DNA from: a candidate division WOR-3 bacterium
Lineage (GTDB): Bacteria > Hydrothermota > Hydrothermia > B15-G9 > WFZT01
Direction of reading: 5' to 3'
DNA: 15,127 bases
Assembly: GCA_027053075.1 (NCBI GenBank)
Contig: JALUEE010000045.1
Location: 1 to 15,127 of the forward strand
The notes under the pieces are model-generated. The model did no database searches. It was not told the origin of the DNA and worked only from the letters and a program-made list of their open reading frames with translations. The translations under genes were made by a program, and so were the position numbers. Of the stretch, positions 7,520 to 15,127 are shown one piece after another (positions within the stretch are counted from its first letter, which is position 1; each line of letters opens with the position of its first letter).

Positions 7520-8671
7520 ATGATTGCTGCAAGATTGAGTTTTCCATCACAGTATTTTATAGGCCCCGGGATTCTTGAAAAGGGGCTAAAAGCTGTCCCT
7601 TCTCTGGGTAATAGAACAGTTATTATAACAGGCAAAAGGTGGGCAATTGAAAGTGGAACCCTTGATAAGGTGATGAAAATACTTTCGGAAAATGGTGTGG
7701 AATCGCATCATATCCCGGGAATATCCCCAAATCCTGACCACACAGAAATTGATAAAATGGCAGAGATGGTAAGAGAAATTGACCCGGACTTTCTCACGGG
7801 CCTCGGTGGTGGCAGTGTTCTTGATGCAACAAAGGCCATTTCCATCGCAGCTCGCATGGAACGGAAGATATGGGACCTGATTATTGAAAGGCCCAGAAAA
7901 GTGAATGTTTATCCCGTTGTTGCAATTTCCACCATCGCGGCCAGTGGTTCTGATTTTGACGGAGCAGCAGTTGTCAATAACCGCTCCCTCAAGGCCAAAC
8001 TCCCCATTGGCTACCCGGAACTTATTCCAAAAATCTCCGTAATAGATGTCGAGCTGCACACCACGATTTCACCTTACTACACCGCTGTTGGCTGCGTGGA
8101 TATCTTCTGCCAGTTCTATGAGCCTTACATAATGGGGCAGGGACACTTCGAATATTCTGAAATCATGGCCCTTGAGGGGATGAAAAGGGTGATCGAGGTA
8201 TGTCCACTTGTGATTGAAAATCCTGATGACGTAAATCTGCGCGGTGAGCTTGCCTATCTTGCTTCAATCTCTATGAGTGGCCTTGCACGGGTGGGTAGAG
8301 ACGGCAAATTTTCCATGCACTGGCTGGAGCATGTTCTGTCCGGGCACTATCCCGAGATTCCTCACGCCCAGGGGCTTGCAACGCTTCTTCCACATTACAC
8401 AAAGTTTTTCATCGAGCGGAGGCCGGAAGTCTTTGAAAGAGTGGCCAAAACGCTCAGTGACTCAATAGAAAATTTAGTGCCGTTTATAGAGAATTGGCTG
8501 GAGAAAATAGGGGTGAGGAAGAGTTTACGTGAGCTTGGGGTAACGGAATCATCTCTTGAGCCCATGGCCCACGATGTGATCAAATATTACGGATGGGAGG
8601 AAGGTAGGGTTTCAGCTCCGATTCCAATGGATTTTAATGATGTGCTTGAGATTTACAGGATGGCATATTGA
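7520..8671 (+). CDS. Iron-containing alcohol dehydrogenase family protein (YqhD/Bdh-like)
   Basis: F..G.GIL, SPNP, GLGGGSVLDATKAI, STIAASGS, metal-site D194, H267 (MHWLEH), H282 (IPHAQGLA), SLRELGV. Confidence 0.92.
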   Translation: MIAARLSFPSQYFIGPGILEKGLKAVPSLGNRTVIITGKRWAIESGTLDKVMKILSENGVESHHIPGISPNPDHTEIDKMAEMVREIDPDFLTGLGGGSVLDATKAISIAARMERKIWDLIIERPRKVNVYPVVAISTIAASGSDFDGAAVVNNRSLKAKLPIGYPELIPKISVIDVELHTTISPYYTAVGCVDIFCQFYEPYIMGQGHFEYSEIMALEGMKRVIEVCPLVIENPDDVNLRGELAYLASISMSGLARVGRDGKFSMHWLEHVLSGHYPEIPHAQGLATLLPHYTKFFIERRPEVFERVAKTLSDSIENLVPFIENWLEKIGVRKSLRELGVTESSLEPMAHDVIKYYGWEEGRVSAPIPMDFNDVLEIYRMAY

Positions 8672-8717
8672 ATTTAAGGTGGGCCGCATGCTTCGCGTGC
8701 GGCCCACCTTAAATTCA
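8669..8717. terminator. Long inverted repeat between convergent genes, probable bidirectional terminator
   Basis: TGAATTTAAGGTGGGCCGCA (8669-8688) and its exact reverse complement (8698-8717); inner TGC-TTC-GCG. Confidence 0.75.
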
Positions 8718-10013
8718 CAACAACTTCCTCTCCTTCGCCGCTTTCTCAAGCTCCTCCCTGAAATCGGGATGAGCTATCTTTATCAACTCCCTCGCACGTT
8801 CCTTTAAATTTTTTCCATGCAGGAATGCCACACCATACTCTGTCACAATATAGTGAACATCTGCACGGGTCGTCACAACACCTGCTCCCTGTTTCAAAAC
8901 AGGCACAATCCTTGAAATGGTTCCACCTTTCGCCGTAGAAGGCAGTGCTATAATTGGCTTGCCGTTCTTTGCCGCACCAGCACCTCTTATGAAATCCACC
9001 TGGCCACCAAAACCACTATAGATATAAGTTCCTATGGAGTCTGAACACACTTGCCCCGTAAGGTCCACTTCGAGAGCCGAGTTGATTGCAATCATGTTGT
9101 CATTTTTCGCAATGACAAACGGGTCGTTTGTGTAATCAACCGGGTGCATCTCAAATACAGGATTATCGTGCACAAACTCGTACAATTTTTTGGAACCAAG
9201 GATAAAAGTTGCTATCACTTTTCCCATGTGAAGGGTTTTCTTGGCTCCTGTTATCATGCCAGATTCAATTCCTTCCATCACTCCATCTGAGACCATCTCA
9301 GTGTGAATTCCTATGTCTCTTTTTGTCCCGCTTAAAAGTTCCAGAACTGCATCAGGAATACCTCCAATCCCGAGCTGAAGGGTGGAGCCGTCTTCAATTA
9401 AGTCAGCAATGTATTCTGCAATCCTGCGCTCAACATCAGTTGCAGGTTTTCTCTGTAATTCCGGCAGGTCCTCGCTCACCTCAACAATCTTTGCCACTCG
9501 TGAAACATGGACAAATGAATCACCGAGGGTTCTCGGCATCTTTTCATTAACCTGGGCAATAACGATTTTGGCCGTTTCCACTGCGGCCTTTGTTGCAAGT
9601 ACCTCGACGCCGTAGCTCATGAACCCGTGCTCGTCTGGTGGTGACACCTGGATAATGGCAACATCTATGGGCAAAAGATTTCTATAGAAGAGCCTTGGAA
9701 TTTCATGGAGATGAATGGGAACATAGTCCGCGCGGCCTTCGTTTACTGCTTTTCTATCCGCTGATCCCACAAAAAGTGAGTTGTGTCTGAAATGCCCTTC
9801 CATCCCTGGCTGAGAAAGCGGGTCATCGCCCAGGAGCAACACATGGGCCAGCTCCACATTCTCAAGCTCATCCTTTCTTTCGGCAAGAGCCCGCATAAGA
9901 ACGTAGGGAGCGGCTGCGTTTCCGCTTAAATAAACCCTATCGCCGCTTTTAACCACTGAAACCGCCTCTTCGGGCGTGGTCAGTTTCTTTTTATAGTCAT
10001 CGTACCAGGACAT
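8715..10013 (-). CDS. 4-hydroxybutyrate CoA-transferase / acetyl-CoA hydrolase-transferase family protein (Cat2/AbfT-like)
   Basis: QVSPPDEHGFMSYG, MPRTLGD, LQLGIGGIPDAV, HTEM (catalytic Glu), NSALEVDLTGQV, SGFGGQVDFIRGA, VTEYGVA. Confidence 0.93.
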   Translation of the reverse strand: MSWYDDYKKKLTTPEEAVSVVKSGDRVYLSGNAAAPYVLMRALAERKDELENVELAHVLLLGDDPLSQPGMEGHFRHNSLFVGSADRKAVNEGRADYVPIHLHEIPRLFYRNLLPIDVAIIQVSPPDEHGFMSYGVEVLATKAAVETAKIVIAQVNEKMPRTLGDSFVHVSRVAKIVEVSEDLPELQRKPATDVERRIAEYIADLIEDGSTLQLGIGGIPDAVLELLSGTKRDIGIHTEMVSDGVMEGIESGMITGAKKTLHMGKVIATFILGSKKLYEFVHDNPVFEMHPVDYTNDPFVIAKNDNMIAINSALEVDLTGQVCSDSIGTYIYSGFGGQVDFIRGAGAAKNGKPIIALPSTAKGGTISRIVPVLKQGAGVVTTRADVHYIVTEYGVAFLHGKNLKERARELIKIAHPDFREELEKAAKERKLL

Positions 10014-10014
10014 T

Positions 10015-11154
10015 TTACTCCCCTCCCTTAAGGATTTCTTCTAAGTCTTTGAATGCAAGTCCATTTCTTGCGATATTCTTATTGGTGACATAGCCACCGT
10101 AAGTGTAAACTCCGTTTCTAAGGTCTGGAATCTCAAGCAACGCCTTCTCGACTCCGAGGTCGATCATTCTCTTCAAATAGGGTAAAATGGCGTTGGTGAG
10201 GGCATGTGTGGCTGTTCTCGCCACTCTTGATGGGACATTGGGCACGGCAAAATGGATCACCCCTTCGTCCTCATAAACAAAATCTTCTCCGGGCGTGAGC
10301 CGGGTTGTCTCGGAGCAACCGCCCTGATCGATGGAGAAATCTATAATAACTGAGCCATTCTTCATGTTTCTAACCATCTCACGTGTAATCAAGACAGGAG
10401 TACGAGCACCAGGCACCAGGACAGCACAGATGACAACATCGGCAAATTGAAGGAGTTTCTCGAGGTTTCTCTTGTTATATAGCAGGGTGACAACGCGCCC
10501 TCCAAGCATCCCTTCCACCCTTTCGAGCTTCTCGATGTCGCGGTCAACTATGTAAACACTGGCGCCAATACCGGAGAATGCCTTGGCTGCGCAGAAGCCC
10601 AGAGTACCTGCTCCGATTATAACAACCTCTGCAGGTGGTATGCCTGCTATACCCGAGAGGAGAATACCTCTCCTACCAGCTTTTCTACTCTCGAGGAGAC
10701 GACCCGCAATCTGGACTGCCATTCTTCCAGCAATCTGGCTCATGGGACGCAATACTGGTAATGTTCCATCTGGTTTCTGAATTATCTCGTATCCGATAGC
10801 CGTAATCTTTTTCTTTAGAATCGAATCAATTATGGATTTTGGAGAGACGGCGAGATGAAGGTAACCCATGACCGTCTGGCCCTCTTTCATCAGCTCACAT
10901 TCCTCGGCATTGGGGCAGCGGATTTTCAGCACCACATCTGATCTTTTAATGACTTCTTCTTTGTTGTAAACAATATGTGCGCCGGCGTCTCTGTAATCTC
11001 TATCGGTGAATCTTGCGCCTTCACCTGCTCCACTTTCCACGTAAACGTTGGCCCCTAAATGGACCAACTCCATGACCCCTCTTGGAGAGAGGCCCACCCT
11101 GATTTCCTCAGTGGCTTTTATTTCTTTGAACTCTTTTGTTATCCCGAAATTCAT
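10015..11154 (-). CDS. ald: Alanine dehydrogenase-like protein (AlaDH/PNT family), divergent
   Basis: E.RVGLSP, VESGAGEG, YLHLA, AIGYE.I, PMS.IAGR, GAGTLG Rossmann motif, IDQGGCSET, VPNVP..V.RTAT.ALTN. Start ATG 11154 with SD AAAGGAG. Confidence 0.8.
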   Translation of the reverse strand: MNFGITKEFKEIKATEEIRVGLSPRGVMELVHLGANVYVESGAGEGARFTDRDYRDAGAHIVYNKEEVIKRSDVVLKIRCPNAEECELMKEGQTVMGYLHLAVSPKSIIDSILKKKITAIGYEIIQKPDGTLPVLRPMSQIAGRMAVQIAGRLLESRKAGRRGILLSGIAGIPPAEVVIIGAGTLGFCAAKAFSGIGASVYIVDRDIEKLERVEGMLGGRVVTLLYNKRNLEKLLQFADVVICAVLVPGARTPVLITREMVRNMKNGSVIIDFSIDQGGCSETTRLTPGEDFVYEDEGVIHFAVPNVPSRVARTATHALTNAILPYLKRMIDLGVEKALLEIPDLRNGVYTYGGYVTNKNIARNGLAFKDLEEILKGGE

Positions 11155-11170
11155 AATTTGCACTCCTTTG

Positions 11171-11186
11171 AATATTTGCAAATATT
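11171..11186. promoter_or_regulatory. Perfect 16-bp palindrome, candidate operator
   Basis: AATATTTGCAAATATT overlaps the predicted -10 and TSS of ald. Confidence 0.5.
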
Positions 11187-11212
11187 ATGGAATACTTTTA
11201 TTGAACAATCAA
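11184..11212 (-). promoter_or_regulatory. Putative sigma70 promoter of the ald/CoA-transferase operon
   Basis: Minus strand TTGATT (11212-11207), 17 nt, CATAAT (11189-11184). Confidence 0.6.
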
Positions 11213-11399
11213 CCATTTCGTGACTGCGTTCTCGATGTTAGAGGGAACACAAATAAATTTTCGCGGGAATTTAGTGATCTTTAAAGCCCCTGTATGCCAC
11301 GACAAAAACATTCTTTTCCACTCAAAAACTCCGCATGTGTAAGAGAAAATTTCGGAAAATTAAGTAATTGGGGAATTTTCCAAACAGTCTCTACGGTGT

Positions 11400-11428
11400 T
11401 TGAAATGAGTACGCTGTTCATTTAAAAT
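11400..11428 (+). promoter_or_regulatory. Sigma70 promoter of the S8 protease gene
   Basis: TTGAAA (11400-11405), 17 nt, TAAAAT (11423-11428); SD AAAGGAGGT before ATG 11456. Confidence 0.7.
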
Positions 11429-11455
11429 TAACCAATATTTTGAAAGGAGGTAGTC

Positions 11456-14326
11456 ATGAAGAAGTTATTAGTACTGTTGCTATTGGCAACAACACTAAGC
11501 GCAAACGCAACAATAGCACCTGACTTGCAAGAAACACTTCAGAAAGCAGGTGACAATCAGTTCATTCGGGTAATGGTGTATCCATCTAACCAGCCCGCAT
11601 ACGACAAGTTACCTCAGATGTTTAAGGGTGATAAGAAAGCCGTTGAGAACTATCTAAAGACTATCGCTGAAACCTCTCAGCAGCCCATAATAAACTTTAT
11701 AAAAGCGCAGAAGGGTGAGGTGGCAGAATATCAGCCATTCTGGATTATCAATGCCATTTACCTAAAGGCTACTAAAGACGTCATCCTCAAGCTTGCTGCA
11801 AGAGATGATATAAAGCTAATCGAGCCAGACAGGAAGGTTCATCTATTTCGCGCAAAACCATCCACAGAAACCGGTAGCCATACAATGGTAACGAGATGGA
11901 ACATCCAGAAAGTGAAGGCTGATAGCGTGTGGATGCTTGGATACACCGGTCAGGGAGTTGTATTGGGACAGATCGATACTGGTGTTGATACATCTCACCC
12001 GGCACTTCGCGGAAAATTTTCGGGTCACTTCTACGATGCTACAAATAATTCATTTCCCGCTCCCTATGACGACCTCGGCCATGGAACTCATACAATGGGA
12101 ACAATGGTTGGGGGAGACGGTCTGGGCCCATTTGTTCAGGACATTGGAGTGGCCCCTGGAGCTACATTTGCTGCAGCTAAAGCATTTACCAACCAGGGCG
12201 CTTTCAATAGCTGGCTTACAAGGTCATTCCAGTGGTTTGCAACCCTCGCAGCAGACTCAGGGGTTAACGTTAGAGTTATTAACAATTCCTGGGGGTCCTG
12301 CGATACCCTGTCTCTTTCACACTGGAATATCATATGGAGTATAAGGGCCATGGGATTCATCCCGGTTTTTGCCATTGGAAATCATGACGTTAACTGTCCA
12401 CACGTCCGTGGTGGTACACCAGGAAACTATCCCACTGTAATTGGAGTTGGTGCAACAAATTCCATGGATTTTGTTGCAAGTTTTTCTCAAAGAGGCCCTG
12501 CTCCAAACACAAGTCCATGGAATGATACCACGTACTGGAGCCGTCCTGACTGGAATTTCATAAAACCAGACCTCACCGCACCAGGTGAAGGAGTCTATTC
12601 TTCCGTACCGGGCGGAGGTTATCAATCCTGGGATGGAACTTCCATGGCAACACCGCACGTTTCGGGTGTCATCGCTTTATTACTCTCGAAAAATCCAGCA
12701 CTTGATTACTATCAGATTTATCAAATACTCACCGACAACGCCAGACATGTGAGTGGCTACACATTCCCCAACAATAACTATGGGTGGGGAATTGTAAACG
12801 CACTGGCAGCTATTCAGGCCACTCCTTCACCAAATTCACCCATCCTGACATTTGTCTCTGTTCAGGTAAATGATCCTGATGGGAGACTCGACCCTGGTGA
12901 TACTGCGCAAATTCTTGTCACTCTTACCAATATGTCGGACGTTGCATCCAATAACACTGTTGGCTACCTAAGGCTTGACACCAAGGATGTTACGATCATT
13001 GATTCTACCGCTAATTTTGGCACAATTTCCCACGGAGATACAGTTACCAACACTTCTGATCCCTTCGTTGTGGCTGTTTCCCCATCTACACCTCCTGGCT
13101 CTCAGGTTGCATTTCTCTTACATGTGACGGCAAACGATACCTTTGCAACAGATTTCAGATTTATCATGGATATTGGAACACCAAGGTTTGATTACGCTGA
13201 TATTGACACGGGTAACTGTGTATTAACTGTTACCGATAATGGTGGAATAGGATTCACAAATTCCGACCAGACCCAGGGTAACGGCTTCAAATACCCCAAG
13301 AATGGTGCCAATACCCTGTTCTATGGCTCACTCGCCTTTGGTAATGATTCTTCATATGTGGTAGATAACTGGTACGAGCATGGCACTCAGGATGGAGACC
13401 TCGTTCCCACCACCTCACCACCTGGAAGACTCTACTATGTTGAGCCACCAGAGGTGGGAAATCAGGAATTGTGGGGAATGATGTCTGATTCCGGTCATCC
13501 ATCACCTCACAATGTAACTGTTGAGCAGGTCGCCTATGGTTACCATCAAACAGGTCACAATGACTTTGTTGTTGTGAAGTATGACTTCAGGAACAATGGG
13601 ACTTCGGCTATTAATAACTTTTACGCAGCTCAGTTTATAGATTTTGATATCGGACAGGACCCCTCGAGGAACTTCGCATTTGTTGACACCTCAAGGTACA
13701 CCGCATTTATTGCGCCCACCAGCTACAACCCTGTTGTTGGAATTACACTCCTCTATCCACGCGATCACGTTGCGAATATAAGCACAATTTTAAACCCGAC
13801 ATACGTTTATCCTGACACTGGTATGACGGATGCCAATGAATGGAAATTTATGTCCGGCCAGCTACACTTTGGGAACCAGGCAAGCGCGAATGACTACAGT
13901 GTGGTTGTTTCTGCCGGTCCATTCACTCTTGCACCTGGCGCTGAGGATTCTGTGGTCTTTGCAATTGTCGGTGGAACTTCGTTTGCAAGCTATTATGCTC
14001 ATGTTGATTCTGCATACAACGTCTATGTCACAGGCATTAGCGAAAATAGCTTCAGGCCAATTGACGGGATAAAGGCTTTCAGACTTGCACCAAGTGTTGT
14101 GAGAAACAGTGCTGTTTTGAGCTTCACTCTTGGGAAATCCGCCGATGTCAGCGTCAACATGTTCGATGTTACAGGTAGAATGGTTAAAAGAGTCTTCAAT
14201 GGTCGCATTTCTGCAGGAAACCACAGTATGAGATTGGCCACAGCAGGACTTTCCTCCGGAATTTACTTCGTAGAGCTCAAGGCTCTGGGAGAGCGGAAGA
14301 TTTCAAGGATACTGGTAGTAAAGTAA
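11456..14326 (+). CDS. Secreted S8 (subtilisin-like, bacillopeptidase F-like) serine protease with T9SS/FlgD-like C-terminal domain
   Basis: Signal peptide MKKLLVLLLLATTLSA, propeptide, catalytic D (IDTGVD), H (HGTHTMGT), oxyanion N (AIGN), S (GTSMATPHVSG); beta-rich C-terminal domains; terminal FDVTGRMVK...LSSGIYFV...RILVVK. Confidence 0.93.
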   Translation: MKKLLVLLLLATTLSANATIAPDLQETLQKAGDNQFIRVMVYPSNQPAYDKLPQMFKGDKKAVENYLKTIAETSQQPIINFIKAQKGEVAEYQPFWIINAIYLKATKDVILKLAARDDIKLIEPDRKVHLFRAKPSTETGSHTMVTRWNIQKVKADSVWMLGYTGQGVVLGQIDTGVDTSHPALRGKFSGHFYDATNNSFPAPYDDLGHGTHTMGTMVGGDGLGPFVQDIGVAPGATFAAAKAFTNQGAFNSWLTRSFQWFATLAADSGVNVRVINNSWGSCDTLSLSHWNIIWSIRAMGFIPVFAIGNHDVNCPHVRGGTPGNYPTVIGVGATNSMDFVASFSQRGPAPNTSPWNDTTYWSRPDWNFIKPDLTAPGEGVYSSVPGGGYQSWDGTSMATPHVSGVIALLLSKNPALDYYQIYQILTDNARHVSGYTFPNNNYGWGIVNALAAIQATPSPNSPILTFVSVQVNDPDGRLDPGDTAQILVTLTNMSDVASNNTVGYLRLDTKDVTIIDSTANFGTISHGDTVTNTSDPFVVAVSPSTPPGSQVAFLLHVTANDTFATDFRFIMDIGTPRFDYADIDTGNCVLTVTDNGGIGFTNSDQTQGNGFKYPKNGANTLFYGSLAFGNDSSYVVDNWYEHGTQDGDLVPTTSPPGRLYYVEPPEVGNQELWGMMSDSGHPSPHNVTVEQVAYGYHQTGHNDFVVVKYDFRNNGTSAINNFYAAQFIDFDIGQDPSRNFAFVDTSRYTAFIAPTSYNPVVGITLLYPRDHVANISTILNPTYVYPDTGMTDANEWKFMSGQLHFGNQASANDYSVVVSAGPFTLAPGAEDSVVFAIVGGTSFASYYAHVDSAYNVYVTGISENSFRPIDGIKAFRLAPSVVRNSAVLSFTLGKSADVSVNMFDVTGRMVKRVFNGRISAGNHSMRLATAGLSSGIYFVELKALGERKISRILVVK

Positions 14327-14345
14327 AGGAAGGAATTAAGGATTT

Positions 14346-14392
14346 TCAGGGGGTGGTGGGCGCGGAACGCGCCCACCACCCCCTGATTTTTT
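14346..14392 (+). terminator. Intrinsic terminator between convergent genes
   Basis: Perfect 19-bp stem TCAGGGGGTGGTGGGCGCG-GAA-CGCGCCCACCACCCCCTGA followed by T6 on the + strand. Confidence 0.85.
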
Positions 14393-14882
14393 ATCTACCT
14401 ATCATTGGGTCCATCTGTGGCCACATTGGGGGATTCATCGGCGGAGTCATCGGTCTCATTGGACGAAATTGCCTCATGTGTCGCATCATTCTTCTCTGGT
14501 GACGTCTCCACTGGTACTTCATTAACCTCAGTTTCTTAATCTGGTCTTTTGTGAGGATGCCTTTCACACTAACAAGCATTTTAGCGCGAGCCAGCTTTAT
14601 TTTTGCATCTATACCTCCGAGCTCGCTGTAAAGCTTTGAAAGTTTATCAAAATCAACTGCATCTTTGTTTAATTCTTCCCTGATGTTCAGCATGATTTTG
14701 GCCTTCTGAGCCCTCAGATCGATCAATTTTGGCTCAGTCTTGAACCAAACATCCCTTATTTTTGATATCTGCTCATCTGTGAGATTCAATCTCTGCTGCA
14801 GGACTGGTGATGTCATTATCTTTTTTACGGGCATTTTGTATGAACCCGCAAACATTACAAGTGCTGCGATTAATACGTTCAT
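14391..14882 (-). CDS. Spy/CpxP/ZraP-family periplasmic protein
   Basis: Two LTxxQ motifs (LNLTDEQ, ILTKDQ), helical basic body, short hydrophobic N-terminus. Start ATG 14882 with SD AAGGAGGT; 163 aa. Confidence 0.8.
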   Translation of the reverse strand: MNVLIAALVMFAGSYKMPVKKIMTSPVLQQRLNLTDEQISKIRDVWFKTEPKLIDLRAQKAKIMLNIREELNKDAVDFDKLSKLYSELGGIDAKIKLARAKMLVSVKGILTKDQIKKLRLMKYQWRRHQRRMMRHMRQFRPMRPMTPPMNPPMWPQMDPMIGR

Positions 14883-14907
14883 TTTTGCTACCTCCTTTTT
14901 TGCAATT

Positions 14908-14936
14908 TTAGACACCATTAACCCACCGATTGTTCC
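14908..14936 (-). promoter_or_regulatory. ECF (sigmaE-like) promoter of the Spy/CpxP-family gene
   Basis: Minus strand GGAACAA (14936-14930), 16 nt, GTCTAA (14913-14908). Confidence 0.65.
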
Positions 14937-15127
14937 CCGCATTAATCACTTTCACTCTGATTCAGGTTTTTGCTAATTGCATTTAAAATGGCCTTCTCAT
15001 TTCTTCACCTGCCCACATACTTTGACCGCAAAGGAAATTTTTCAGCCAGCCTCAACGGCGGGCCTCACGGATAGTTGATTTTCCACAATGGGTGTGGTAA
15101 CATTAGCGGGCATGAATGGATTAATTC

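Noticed and set aside
7258..7635. ORF-track calls 7258..7509 (+) and 7426..7635 (-)
   Set aside because: They run through palindromic repeats and a promoter or overlap the ADH gene antisense; no SD or recognisable motifs.
11347..11361. AAATTTCGGAAAATT matches the CodY box at 13 of 15 positions upstream of the protease
   Set aside because: CodY is essentially restricted to Firmicutes, this organism looks diderm, and the motif is easily matched in AT-rich DNA.
25..14976. Many short antisense or alternate-frame ORFs in the track (for example 25..360, 2589..2960, 4662..5165, 11937..12344)
   Set aside because: Shadows of well-supported genes with no independent coding signature.
15044..15127. 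Possible gene end on the minus strand (..SVRPAVEAG-stop) or start at ATG 15112 on plus
   Set aside because: Too short at the window edge to support.

Overview
Housekeeping and metabolic region of a bacterial chromosome. The K/E-rich cytoplasmic proteins and a secreted S8 protease with a T9SS/FlgD-like C-terminal domain suggest a possibly thermophilic anaerobe allied to the FCB group (for example WOR-3-like); this is inference only. Left half: a tightly packed minus-strand operon thrS-infC (ATT start)-rpmI-lemA-DUF167-hisS-hutH behind a near-consensus sigma70 promoter, then hup (HU). rplT is missing from its usual place. A 640-bp intergenic region holds a cluster of BoxC-like purine/pyrimidine palindromes. 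An apparently leaderless Fe-containing alcohol dehydrogenase converges on a two-gene operon (divergent alanine dehydrogenase-like protein plus 4-hydroxybutyrate/acetyl-CoA transferase). A bacillopeptidase F-like S8 protease converges on a Spy/CpxP-family gene with an ECF-sigma-type promoter. No CRISPR array, tRNA/rRNA gene, transposase or defence gene was seen, and no clearly novel system is proven. The best leads are the overlap of a eukaryote-type HisRS gene with a histidine ammonia-lyase gene, the Ald-like/CoA-transferase/ADH cluster with altered active-site residues, and the palindromic repeat families.
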